Source: Meiothermus sp. (GTDB lineage Bacteria; Deinococcota; Deinococci; Deinococcales; Thermaceae). Taken from it: a DNA stretch of 55,989 bases. The stretch covers positions 1 through 55,989 of the forward strand of contig JANRLD010000093.1 in NCBI GenBank assembly GCA_033762915.1. The letters run 5' to 3'. The notes below the pieces were generated by a model. That model did no database searches. It saw only the letters and a program-made list of their open reading frames with translations, and was not told where the DNA came from. A program made the translations under genes and the position numbers. Below, in pieces: positions 1-9,109 of the stretch (position 1 is the stretch's first letter; each line of letters begins with the position of its first letter).

Positions 1-139
1 CACCTCGTCGAGTGCTTCTTCAACAAACTCAAGCAGTTCCGCAGGGTTTTTCGCGTTTTGAGCAGACTGCCAGAAACTTCCTGGCCTTCGCCCTCTTCGC
101 TTCTACGATGATTCTGCTCCGCTAAATGTCAACACGGCC
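1..139 (+). mobile_element. 3' end of IS5-family (IS427/IS1031-like) element: transposase C-terminus, frameshifted, plus right terminal inverted repeat
   Basis: Frame 1 reads HLVECFFNKLKQFRRVF. After a shift in the T-run at 47-51 it continues RFEQTARNFLAFALFASTMILLR* (stop 123-125), a typical IS5 C-terminus. AATGTCAACACGGCC (125-139) then TAA fits a TIR plus target. Confidence 0.8.
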
Positions 140-210
140 TAATCAGGAGGCTCGCCTCAAGCTAAAGCACCTCTATCCACGCACCGTTTTAGACTAGACG
201 CGGCACTACG

Positions 211-1203
211 TCAGAACACCAGCCCCACCGCGCCCAGCGTCAGCCCCGCCGCTGTGCCCGCCAGAAGCACCTTGTTGCCCCGCTTAACCCGCCCTTGCTG
301 CATCGCCTCCGACAGCGCCAGCGGGATCGAGGCGGCCACGCAGTTGCCCCGGGTGGGCAGATTGAAAAACAACTGCTCCTGGGTGAAGCCGAGCTGCCGG
401 CTGAGCATCTGAACCGCCGGGCCGCTGGCTTGATGGGGCACCAGCAGGTCTACCTCGCCCAGGCCCCAGCCCACTTTCTCCAGGAAGCCCTTCATGAAGC
501 CGGGCATGGTGCGGGCGGCGTGCTTGAAGATGGCGGGGCCGTTCATGTGGAAGAGGTTGAGTTCGGGGGTCTTGTGGGTGGTGTTGGGGTGGTGGAGGGT
601 TCCGCCGCCCTTGATCTGGGTGGCGCCCGCTCCGCTGCTGTAGGTTTGGAATTGAAAGCCCGCGATCCGGGAGTGGTCGGAAAGCTCGAGCACCGCCGCC
701 GCCGCCGCGTCGCCGAACAGGGCGGCACTCTCGGGCTCGGCATGGTTGAGCGAGCCCGAGGCGATCTCGCTGGAGAACACCAGAGCTTTTTTGTACGCAC
801 CCGATTGCAGCATCTGCCCCGCCGTCACCAGGGCGAACATGAAGCTCAGGCAGGTGGCGTTCACATCGAAGCAGGTGCTGCCGCCGTCGGGCGCGCCCAG
901 CTCGCGCTGCACCAGCGCGGCGGTGCAGGGGATGGCCTGCTGGGGGGTGCTCGAGGCCCCGATGATCAGGTCAATCTCCTCAGGGCCTGCCTCCGCACCT
1001 TCCAGGGCCATCCGGGCGGCCTGAGCAGCCTGAAAAGCAGCAGTCTCGCCGCCGTTGTAGCGCCGCTCGAGCACCCCGGTGCGCTGGGCCACCCAGCCCG
1101 CCGGAACCCGCAGCAGCGGCTCGAGGCTCTCGCTGGTCACCCGGCGCTCGGGCAGGTAGTGGCCAAGGCCGGCGATGCGGACAGACAGGGGGGATAGGCT
1201 CAT
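211..1203 (-). CDS. 3-oxoacyl-ACP synthase III (FabH-like) family protein
   Basis: 330 aa; catalytic triad motifs NATC, PHQAS and RGNC; LFGDAAAA and MNGPAIF motifs. Confidence 0.9.
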   Translation of the reverse strand: MSLSPLSVRIAGLGHYLPERRVTSESLEPLLRVPAGWVAQRTGVLERRYNGGETAAFQAAQAARMALEGAEAGPEEIDLIIGASSTPQQAIPCTAALVQRELGAPDGGSTCFDVNATCLSFMFALVTAGQMLQSGAYKKALVFSSEIASGSLNHAEPESAALFGDAAAAAVLELSDHSRIAGFQFQTYSSGAGATQIKGGGTLHHPNTTHKTPELNLFHMNGPAIFKHAARTMPGFMKGFLEKVGWGLGEVDLLVPHQASGPAVQMLSRQLGFTQEQLFFNLPTRGNCVAASIPLALSEAMQQGRVKRGNKVLLAGTAAGLTLGAVGLVF

Positions 1204-1291
1204 GATGGTTTCTACCCGCTCAAGGTCGCATAGATAGGCAGAGGGGACAACGGCAATTTTACCGAGCTTGTGCTGCTGGGGCTGCCCAAAT

Positions 1292-1337
1292 GACCCGGCC
1301 TCGAGGGGCGGCGCGGGCCGGGACTCGAGGCCGGGTC
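1292..1337. terminator. GC-rich hairpin downstream of the lipoprotein gene (possible terminator)
   Basis: 14-bp arms GACCCGGCCTCGAG ... CTCGAGGCCGGGTC; no clear U-tract. Confidence 0.4.
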
Positions 1338-1353
1338 GGACGGGCTGTCCAGT

Positions 1354-3366
1354 TTAGGGTGCTGCCGGGAGGCTCACGCTGATGGTGAAGGTGGTGCTGG
1401 TGACGGTGGCGCCGTTGGCATCGGTGGCGCTCACGCTGATCGAGGCGGGGGTGACGGTAGCCGCCGTCGGGGTGCCGGAGATCACCCCGGTGGTCGGGCT
1501 CAGGCTCAGGCCCGCAGGCAGGGTTCCCGTGGCCAGGGCGTAGGTCTTGGTGCCCGTGCCCCCGGCGTTGGTGGTGGGGCTGACGCTGGCGGCGGCTACC
1601 GTGGTGAGGAGGTTGATGGCGGGGTAGGCCAGGGTGGGGGCCGGGTTGACCGTGAAGGTGACGGTGGCCGGGGCGGTGGCCGCGCCGTTGGCATCGGTGG
1701 CGACCACGCTAAAGCTCAGGGTTCCCGCCGTCACCGCCGCCGCCGAAGGCGTGCCCGAGATGACCCCAGCGGCGTCTATCGCCAGGCCGGTGGTGGCGAT
1801 CCCGGTGGCGGCGTAGGTGTAGGGGGCCACGCCCAGGGCCGGGGTGAGGGTGTAGTTGGCGGGGGCCACGGGTCGGCCCGCGGTAAGGGCTCGAGTCTGC
1901 GTAAAGGTGAGGGTGGGGGCGGCATTCACCACCAGAGCGAGGCCGCTGCTAACCGTCTGGGTGCTGCCGTCGGTGACGCTGATGGTAAGGGGGAAACTGC
2001 GCGGGAAGGGGCCGGTCAGGGCCGGGCTTACTGTGCCGCTGATAACTCCCGTGGTGGTCGAAAAAACCAAACCTGTCGGCAGTGTGCCCGTGAGTGCATA
2101 GGTGGTCGAGCCGATGGCCCCGGAGATGGCGCGGGTGTAGTTGCCGTCCGCGCCCTCGGCGATGGGGCGGTCCACCGTGAGTGCCCGCGTGGCGGTATAG
2201 GTCAGGGTGAGGCTCGAGGTGATGGCGATGCTGAAGGGGTTGCTGGTGGCGGTGGCCCCGTTGGCGTCGGTGACGGTGACGGTGTAGCTCGAGGCGGCCC
2301 GGACGGTGGTGGCGGTCCCGCTGATGGCACCGGTGTCTGGGTTAAAGCTCAGTCCTGCCGGGAGGGCGGTAGGGCTTATGGCGTAGGTTTTGGTGCCAGT
2401 TCCGCCGCTGTTGGTGGTGGGGTTGAGGTTGACGCTCGAGCCCGCCGTAAAGCTGTTGCTGCTGGGGTAGGCCAGAGCGGGGATCGGGGCGACGGTCAGG
2501 CTGAGGGCGGCGGTGGCGGTTCCGCCGTCGCTGTCGGTGACCCGGATGGTGTAGGTGGTGGCGGCGCTGGGGGCGGTGGGGGTTCCGTTCAGGCTGCCAG
2601 TATTGGGGTCGAGGGTCAGCCAGTCGGGCAGGGGTGTGCCCTCACCAGCAAAGCTGAACGGGGCGTTGCCGCCGGTCAGGTTGGCGGCGCGGGCGACCGC
2701 CCGGCCCACCGTGGCGGTGACGGGGGCGTAGTCGAGCGCAATGGCCACCACCGAGACCAACAGGCTGGCCGACTTGCTCGAGTCCATCACCGAAGTCGCG
2801 GTGATGACAGCGCTGCCCAGCGCCAGTGCGGTGACCTCGCCGCCCGCGCTCACAGAGGCGACGACTTCGTTGTCGGAGGCCCAGACCACGCTAGGGTCGA
2901 TGCCGCCGCTGCCTTCCACCAGGGCGCTGAGGGTGCGCCTGCCGCCCATCCCCAGGGTGAGGGCGTCGGGCTGGAGGCTGACGCCGGTGACCTCCGGGGC
3001 GGTGACGTTGACCCTGGCCGAGCCGCTCTTGCCGGCGTCGGCCCTAGAGGTCGCGGTGACGGTGGCCTGACCGGTTTTCAGGCCGGTGATCACGCCATTC
3101 GAGTTCACCTGCACCACGGACGGATCGCTGGAGTTCCAGGTTACGGCCTTGTTGTCGGTGTCGCCGAACACCACCGCCAGGATTTCCTTGCTCTCGCCAG
3201 GCTTGAGGCTGGCGGCGCTGGGCGAGAGCTGTACCGAGCGCACGGCGGGGGCTGGGCTGCCTGGGCTGCACGCCGCCAATAGCAGCGCCAGCAGGGTCAG
3301 GGAAAAGAAGACTCGAGTCCGCACAGTAGTTCGATGGTAAATACAAGTGGTGTTTTTGCGGTTCAC
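1354..3366 (-). CDS. Surface lipoprotein with two Big_2-type and about five putative Ig (He_PIG-like) domains; true start may be GTG at 3324
   Basis: Lipobox LLAAC; 'VTWNSSDPSVVQVNSNGVITG' Big_2 pattern twice; repeated 'LPxGLxxxxxTGxISGTP' and 'VTDANGATA'. Confidence 0.85.
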   Translation of the reverse strand: MNRKNTTCIYHRTTVRTRVFFSLTLLALLLAACSPGSPAPAVRSVQLSPSAASLKPGESKEILAVVFGDTDNKAVTWNSSDPSVVQVNSNGVITGLKTGQATVTATSRADAGKSGSARVNVTAPEVTGVSLQPDALTLGMGGRRTLSALVEGSGGIDPSVVWASDNEVVASVSAGGEVTALALGSAVITATSVMDSSKSASLLVSVVAIALDYAPVTATVGRAVARAANLTGGNAPFSFAGEGTPLPDWLTLDPNTGSLNGTPTAPSAATTYTIRVTDSDGGTATAALSLTVAPIPALAYPSSNSFTAGSSVNLNPTTNSGGTGTKTYAISPTALPAGLSFNPDTGAISGTATTVRAASSYTVTVTDANGATATSNPFSIAITSSLTLTYTATRALTVDRPIAEGADGNYTRAISGAIGSTTYALTGTLPTGLVFSTTTGVISGTVSPALTGPFPRSFPLTISVTDGSTQTVSSGLALVVNAAPTLTFTQTRALTAGRPVAPANYTLTPALGVAPYTYAATGIATTGLAIDAAGVISGTPSAAAVTAGTLSFSVVATDANGAATAPATVTFTVNPAPTLAYPAINLLTTVAAASVSPTTNAGGTGTKTYALATGTLPAGLSLSPTTGVISGTPTAATVTPASISVSATDANGATVTSTTFTISVSLPAAP

Positions 3367-3459
3367 GGCCTCGAGTTATCTGAAATGTCTTGGGCATAAC
3401 GCGACGCGGTTTCGTGGCCTCGGCTGGGGTTTTTGGGCGTGACGTATGCTCTGGAGTAG

Positions 3460-4365
3460 ATGAGGGTCGTGGTGGTGGGGGCGGGGGTGTCGGGGCTGGT
3501 GGCCGCTCGAGTGCTGGCCGAGGCCGGGCTGGATGTCCGGGTGGTTAGCCCGACCCTGGGCGAGGCCAGCCGGGTGCCGGTGGCCCTGCTCAACCCGGTG
3601 CGCGGCAAGCGCGGCAGCGTGGCCCCGGAAGCCGCCGAGGCGCTGGCGGCGCTGTGGAACTTCTACCCGAGGTTCGCCCCCCTACACGCGGGTATCCTGC
3701 GGCCCGTGCCTCGGGCCGACTGGCCCGAGTGGAAGCGGAAACTGGCCGAGTCCCCGGTTCCCCACCGCTGGACGGACGAGGGGTTGCTGCTCGAGACCGG
3801 CGGCTGGCTCGAGACCGCACCCCTGCTGGAAAGGCTGGCCGAGGGCCTGGAGGTGATCCCTGCGGGCGTGGTTCGGGCGGAGGGCTCGAGGCTACTGATC
3901 TCGCGGGGTGCCCCGGCACGCCCCGGCACCCCGGAGGATTCGGAGGTGTTGGACGCGGATCGGGTGGTCTTCGCCGCCGGGGCCGGTGGGGCCCACCTGC
4001 TGGGCCTGGGCGGGCGCTTCACGGCGGGCTCGGTGCTGGGGCTGGAGCAACACTTCCCCCAGGCCCGCTCCTACGGGGTGTATGTGGCGGGTCAAACCCT
4101 GGGCGGCAGCTACCTGCCCCACACCGAAACCTACCGGCCCCACCGGACCCTGCCGCACGAGGCCGAGTGGCTGCTGGGCCAGGCCGAGCGCCTGCTGGGC
4201 TTTCGGCCCCTAGCGACCTCGAGCTGGGCCGGGGTGCGCTACCGTCTGGACAGGAATTATCTCAGGCCGGTCCCCGGGGGCTTTGCCCTGACCGGCTTCG
4301 GCTCGGCGGGGTTCTTTTACGCGCCGCTCTTCGCCAGGCGGCTGCTCGAGGCGCTGGCGGTGTAG
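3460..4365 (+). CDS. FAD-dependent oxidoreductase (DAO/MnmC-C-terminal-like)
   Basis: N-terminal VVVVGAGVSG Rossmann motif; C-terminal WAGVR and TGFGSAG motifs. Confidence 0.8.
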   Translation: MRVVVVGAGVSGLVAARVLAEAGLDVRVVSPTLGEASRVPVALLNPVRGKRGSVAPEAAEALAALWNFYPRFAPLHAGILRPVPRADWPEWKRKLAESPVPHRWTDEGLLLETGGWLETAPLLERLAEGLEVIPAGVVRAEGSRLLISRGAPARPGTPEDSEVLDADRVVFAAGAGGAHLLGLGGRFTAGSVLGLEQHFPQARSYGVYVAGQTLGGSYLPHTETYRPHRTLPHEAEWLLGQAERLLGFRPLATSSWAGVRYRLDRNYLRPVPGGFALTGFGSAGFFYAPLFARRLLEALAV

Positions 4366-4769
4366 GGCGTAGGTCGACGGCATTTTGGCCTCGGCCCGAC
4401 TTCGGCGTTCGTCGACCGCTGCACGAACACAGCGCGGCCGCCTTCGAGGGCCGTGTCGCCGGGTGTGTGCGCCCGCCATGTCCGCCCGACATCCTGAAGG
4501 TGTTGAGCTTCACCGGGGCCGCGCCGGGCCGCAACAGGCCGAGGGCTCGAGCACAAAGCTAAGGGCCGGCCACTGCCCGTTAAGGCCCCGTGAGAGCGGG
4601 CTCACTTCGCGCTGGTGTAACGCTTGAATTAATGTGGCCTTAACAACGGGCCGGTGTAAAATCTGCCGGTACAATTTCCTTTTCTTATACGGCGTAAATC
4701 CTGGTTGCAGGATGAGGGCCGAACATAGAGTTAAGGGCGGGCTGAGCTTTCGGTGTGGGAGGCGGACGC

Positions 4770-5054
4770 ATGGGGTTTCAGGGGGTAATCATCGCTGCAG
4801 CCAGTCTGTTCTCGAGCGTGGTCTCGGGCTACATGGCGGTGTACTTCCTAGGCCCACTGGTGGGCCAGTGGGCCTCTGACCTGGGGCAGCATTTGACGGT
4901 CGGGGGGGCCTTGGCCAGTTGGGCCAGTGCAGTTAATCCCACCAGCCTGTTCATCCAGGAAGACCCCAACAGCTGGCTCGGCCTGGCCAATCTGGTCTGC
5001 ACGGTGCTGCTGCTGGGCCTGTTCATGCGCACCCTCAAGGCCCTGGCCGATTGA
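4770..5054 (+). CDS. Small membrane protein, hypothetical
   Basis: GGAGG before ATG 4770; two hydrophobic segments; host-like codon usage. Confidence 0.6.
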   Translation: MGFQGVIIAAASLFSSVVSGYMAVYFLGPLVGQWASDLGQHLTVGGALASWASAVNPTSLFIQEDPNSWLGLANLVCTVLLLGLFMRTLKALAD

Positions 5055-5081
5055 GGAAGGCGAGGGGCCACCCCCACCCTC

Positions 5082-5274
5082 AGAGCGGTTCCCACGCATA
5101 CTCCCTACGGCGCTAAAACGGGCGGTTTTTGCTGTAGAGCGGTTGCCAGGAACACTCGGTACGGCGGTTTTTGCCAGACCGAGTGCATTGCTCTGCAGCG
5201 TGGGCGGAGTATGGATGGGAAACGCGATGGGGAGTACACCTGCCGCCGTGAGGGAGGTAATGGTGTGAAACGCG
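5082..5274 (+). repeat. Composite MITE-like repeat: family-A element with a family-B element (5136-5228) nested inside
   Basis: Outer parts match the reverse complement of 32863-32949; inner part matches the reverse complement of 45971-46086; shared AGAGCGGTT / GAAACGCG ends. Confidence 0.75.
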
Positions 5275-5434
5275 TTCAGAGCACTGCTCTTGCTCACGCG
5301 CCCGAAGGCCCTTCGGGCGCAGTCGGTGAGGGCTTGTCCTCCCCCTCGAGCGGCCCCAACTGGCTGAGGTTCTCGAGGGGTCAGCCCGATCGCGGCTCCC
5401 GCCACACCGAACCGACCGCCGGCGGGGAACGCTG

Positions 5435-5839
5435 TTAGCGCATCTTGTCCGAGACGATGATCACCTTGAGGCGCTGGAGGGCGTCGCTGCGGGTGAAGGA
5501 GGAGCGGATGCGGGTGGCGTCCTCCACGCTCACCACTACTCCCAGCGCCCTGGGTTGGGTCAGCCCGATGGCCCGGACGATCAGGGGGTTGCTGCCCACT
5601 CGAGCGGTGTCGCGCAGGGCCTGGTCAAACTGGCGGTACAGCCCGGCGGTGCCGAGGTCGTTGACCAGGTTGTAGTCCAGCTCGAAGCCTACCGGATAGA
5701 CCATCGAGCCGTCCTGCGAGACGATGTTGGGGGCCATGTGCTGCTCGAGGGCAAGCCCCCTTGCGTCGATCACCAGGCCCGAAAACTGGGCGTTGGCCAG
5801 ACCCAATAAAGCCACCAGGATAACCAAAACTTGTTTCAT
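5435..5839 (-). CDS. Secreted hypothetical protein (leaderless)
   Basis: Signal peptide MKQVLVILVALLGLANA; TATGCT 6 nt before ATG. Confidence 0.75.
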   Translation of the reverse strand: MKQVLVILVALLGLANAQFSGLVIDARGLALEQHMAPNIVSQDGSMVYPVGFELDYNLVNDLGTAGLYRQFDQALRDTARVGSNPLIVRAIGLTQPRALGVVVSVEDATRIRSSFTRSDALQRLKVIIVSDKMR

Positions 5840-5905
5840 ACATTCAGCATAGGACAGGCCCGCGCCCGCTCCGCCCTCGCTTTTCCGTTACGACCCAGGC
5901 CCCCG

Positions 5906-6196
5906 TTACTTGCCCAGCCCCAGCTTCCTCAGCCCCCCGGCTAGGTTCCAGACCTGGGCGTAGCCCTGGGTCTCGAGGTAGAGCCCGGCCAGCTCGCTCT
6001 GCATGCCGCGCTCGCAGATCAGCAGGATCGGGCGGTCTTTGGGCAGGCCGTGCCGCCCGCCCTGCACCTCGGCCAGGGGCACGTTCAGCGCCCCGCCCAG
6101 GCTGCCCTTTGCGAACTCGGCGGCGGGCCGGATGTCCACGAGTTGGGGGCTCTGTTGCAGAAAGGTCTCGAGCTGGTCGGGCTTGAGGGTGTTCAT
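5906..6196 (-). CDS. Rhodanese-like domain protein
   Basis: LVDIRPAAEF, active-site loop ICERGMQS, NLAGG. Confidence 0.85.
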   Translation of the reverse strand: MNTLKPDQLETFLQQSPQLVDIRPAAEFAKGSLGGALNVPLAEVQGGRHGLPKDRPILLICERGMQSELAGLYLETQGYAQVWNLAGGLRKLGLGK

Positions 6197-6233
6197 GGGG
6201 TTTTGGGGTTCGACCCAGCCGTACGCCGACGCT

Positions 6234-6713
6234 CTACCGAGGGAACACCGGCAGGTCCAGGGCCACCAGCGAGTCGTAGGCGACCTTCCAGCCCTCGCCG
6301 CCGAAGACCAGCCGGGCGGTGGCATCGCGGCGGACGGTCCGCTCGCCCAGGTCGACCACCAGGCTGAAGCGTACCGTGGCGTTGTCGCCGGAGATCTGGG
6401 CCTGGGCGTTTTGCAACTCGAAGTTGCCAATCTTGAGGGCCGCTGCGAAAGCACTCGAGGGCCGGTCTATGAAGCGGGCGCTCCAGCGGGTGTCGCCGCA
6501 CTTGAGCCCCTCGAAAACCTGCTGCACCGCGTTGAGGGCCAGCAGTGCTGAGCGCTCGGGTCGGGCGGCGGTCTCGGGCGAGGCCAGCCGCCCCACCGCC
6601 CCGGCGGCCCAGTGGCAGGGCGGCACGTCCACAAAGGTCGGGGTCGGGTTCTGGGCGAACGCGCCACTCAGGGCGATCAGGATTAGGGCGAGGGATTTGT
6701 GCGGGTATCTCAT
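6234..6713 (-). CDS. Secreted hypothetical protein with SLH-like N-terminal motif
   Basis: Signal peptide, then FVDVPPCHWAAGAV resembling the S-layer homology motif. Confidence 0.7.
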   Translation of the reverse strand: MRYPHKSLALILIALSGAFAQNPTPTFVDVPPCHWAAGAVGRLASPETAARPERSALLALNAVQQVFEGLKCGDTRWSARFIDRPSSAFAAALKIGNFELQNAQAQISGDNATVRFSLVVDLGERTVRRDATARLVFGGEGWKVAYDSLVALDLPVFPR

Positions 6714-6890
6714 GGCGTACCTTTGTCGGGCAAAAACGCCCCTGAGGTTAGCACGGCCGCCGTGAGGGCGGATAAGCACGGGGTCTAGTGCACTGTTAAC
6801 TAAGTTTGCGGAAGTTTTCGGCCCCGCTGTCGGCGTTCTCGAGCGCGTCTCTTGCCCGAAGTCCAGGCCGAAAACTTTGTTGCCAGACCA

Positions 6891-7454
6891 CTAGTCCAGC
6901 CCCTCGAGGTTCAGCTTCTGCAGCGCCGCCGCCATCTTGCCCTCCTTGGGCTGTTTGCGGGCCTCGCAGCAGTCGGGGGTGCGGTTGAGGTTGGCCCCGC
7001 AGTGCTCGCACAGGCCCTGGCAGTCCTCGCGGCACAGCACCGTGTAGGGCAGCTCGAGCGCGAAGGCCTCGCTCAGAAAGGGGGTCAGGTCGAGGCTGGG
7101 GTTGCCGAAGAGGAAGATCTCCTCGTCGCCCTCCTCGACCACCTCGAGGCCGTGCAGGCCGTTCTGGTAGCGCAGCATGTACTGGAAGTTGGCGCGAACT
7201 GGGGTGGGGGTGGGGTCGAGGCAGCGGGCGCACTCCAGGAGGGCCGTCCCGGCGATCTCGCCGGAGAGCCAGAACTCCAGGCCCTGCTCGCCGTCGACGC
7301 GGGTGGCGCTGGCCTTCCACTTGGCCGCACCGTCGAGGGGGATGCGCTCGTGCTCGAGCTCGATCTGCCCGACGATCTCCCCGAGTGCCTGCGTGGTGCC
7401 GCCCTCGCGGAGGATGTGGGCGAAGTTGATGCTGGGGATTTCGTTCGGTCTCAT
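6891..7454 (-). CDS. yceD: DUF177/YceD family protein (leaderless)
   Basis: ECARCL and LCREDCQGLCEHCGANLN Cys motifs; TAGAAT 6 nt before ATG. Confidence 0.85.
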   Translation of the reverse strand: MRPNEIPSINFAHILREGGTTQALGEIVGQIELEHERIPLDGAAKWKASATRVDGEQGLEFWLSGEIAGTALLECARCLDPTPTPVRANFQYMLRYQNGLHGLEVVEEGDEEIFLFGNPSLDLTPFLSEAFALELPYTVLCREDCQGLCEHCGANLNRTPDCCEARKQPKEGKMAAALQKLNLEGLD

Positions 7455-7710
7455 CGCTAAATTCTAAGCCCTTTTTCCGTCTTCAAACGAAACGGCAAGA
7501 ACTGTATGGTAACTCCCGCGGTGGCCTGGGTCAAGGACGCCCGCCTGCCGGGCCTACGCCAGAAAAGGGGGCATAAGCTGAGGGAGGAAGAGGACTTCGG
7601 AAGCCAAGTGCTGCGAGAGGCTGCTTCTGCGCGACCGGGCCAAGAGCTTTCGCAAACCCAGTTAACCCTAACCAGCAACCTTGACGGCGCACTTCCGCTC
7701 ATCGGGCAAA

Positions 7711-8064
7711 CTACAGGGCACCTAAGGCCTCGACGAAGGTCTGAAAGTGCCCCAGATACGCGAGCCGATGGGGTTGGCCGTTCCAAACCGCCAAGACAAA
7801 ACTGCTCAGAGATGTGCCCTCTTGGTAGCCAACCACATAGCCGCTGTCGTGTCCGGTTTGTTCTTCAAACACCACCCATATCTCAAAAACCTGTTCCCCT
7901 GAAACGCCCGGAAGCGATGTCGCACATTTACTCTGATAGGGTCGGACAAGGCGGGCTTCAACATCAAACTCGGGGCGGTACAGCAGCCGCTGCTGATCCC
8001 TTATCTGAGCATTGACCAGCCTGCTGATCTCCGAGGGGGTCATACGGGTGCAGGGCTTAGCCAA
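7711..8064 (-). CDS. Hypothetical protein with lower-GC codon usage (start could be ATG 8043)
   Basis: Overlaps the GNAT stop; globular-looking 117-aa ORF. Confidence 0.55.
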   Translation of the reverse strand: MAKPCTRMTPSEISRLVNAQIRDQQRLLYRPEFDVEARLVRPYQSKCATSLPGVSGEQVFEIWVVFEEQTGHDSGYVVGYQEGTSLSSFVLAVWNGQPHRLAYLGHFQTFVEALGAL

Positions 8065-8899
8065 TAAGGTCTAGGTGCATCTCGACCTGATTAAGCTGAG
8101 TCAGGGCGAAGCCGCTGCGGGCGAAGAACTCGGGGGCCAGGCCCTCGGGGACGATCTGTGGCACCTGGCAGCTCTTGCCCGCGTGGAGATGCATCAGGGC
8201 CTCGAGGGCTCGAGTCCCCCACCCCTGACGCCGCAGCGCCCGCCGCACCACCAGGCCCCACAGGATGAAGCTGGGGCCGGGGGTGTCTTGCGCTAGCGCG
8301 AAGGCCGCTCCGCCCAGCGCGAAGGCCCTCGAGGGTGCCCCGTACCCCGCGAAGGTTTCCGCTGCTAGCATCCAGGGCGGCTCGGAGTCGCCCTCCTGGC
8401 CGACGATCCGGGAGAACTCGAGGGGGTCTATCTCGGTGAGGGTTTCGGCCCCCCCGTCTTGCGCGGGTTTGCTGTACCCCACCAGGCGCCGCGTCACCCT
8501 GAACCCCAGCGATTGGTAGAGCCTCACCGCCGCTGTGTTGTCTTCGAAGGCCTCGAGCACCATGTCCCGGTCGCCCCGCCCCCTGGCCGCCTGCACGATC
8601 TGCCCCAGCATACGCTTGCCCAGCCCGCGGCCCCTGAAGGGTTTGGCTATCCCCATCGCCCCGATGCGGCTGTTCCAGCCCCGGCGATCCACCATGACCA
8701 CCCCGACGGGCTGCTTGTCGAGGTAAAAAACCTGACTGGCGCTGCGATCCAGGTGCTCGCGGCCCATGCGCTGCTCGAGGCCCACCACCTGGAACTGCAC
8801 CGGCAGGATGTAGTCCTCGAAGCCCCGGTTCAACACCTCGACAAGATCGGGGGAGGTGAGGTCGGTGACAGGCCTCGAGCTGAGCTCACCGTGGTCCAT
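8057..8899 (-). CDS. GNAT family N-acetyltransferase, tandem domain (leaderless)
   Basis: FRGRGLG and LRRQGWG acetyl-CoA motifs; NTAAVRLYQSLGF; TAAACT 6 nt before ATG. Confidence 0.85.
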   Translation of the reverse strand: MDHGELSSRPVTDLTSPDLVEVLNRGFEDYILPVQFQVVGLEQRMGREHLDRSASQVFYLDKQPVGVVMVDRRGWNSRIGAMGIAKPFRGRGLGKRMLGQIVQAARGRGDRDMVLEAFEDNTAAVRLYQSLGFRVTRRLVGYSKPAQDGGAETLTEIDPLEFSRIVGQEGDSEPPWMLAAETFAGYGAPSRAFALGGAAFALAQDTPGPSFILWGLVVRRALRRQGWGTRALEALMHLHAGKSCQVPQIVPEGLAPEFFARSGFALTQLNQVEMHLDLIG

Positions 8900-9032
8900 T
8901 CCGTTAGTTTAAGACCACTCTACATGAACCGCCCTGCCCAAATTCAGGCAGCTGCGGGGCGGGCGTCCAGAACCCCGCAGCGCACTCCCCCGAGCCATCG
9001 GGCCGGGCCTCTCCGGCGTAAATGGGCCGCCC

Positions 9033-9087
9033 CTTCACGAAACCTACACACGGCTTACCGCGCCACTTCACAAGCGCTCAACAGAAT
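9033..9087 (+). promoter_or_regulatory. Five degenerate direct repeats (CTTCACA-like) at about 11-bp spacing upstream of the export operon
   Basis: CTTCACG 9033, CTACACA 9044, CTTACCG 9054, CTTCACA 9066, CTCAACA 9077. Confidence 0.45.
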
Positions 9088-9109
9088 CCTGACCTACGGA
9101 GGTACACGG

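Noticed and set aside
4520..4570. Possible c-di-GMP-I riboswitch (GCACAAAGCTAAGGGCC)
   Set aside because: Lacks the GGCAAA start and GNRA-capped P2 stem; the similarity is too short.
8459..9109. 673-aa form of TolC1 and other long N-terminal extensions (28833, 23691, 34204, 41197, 6454)
   Set aside because: The extensions overlap neighbouring genes and are open by chance in GC-rich DNA; RBS or -10 motifs mark downstream starts.
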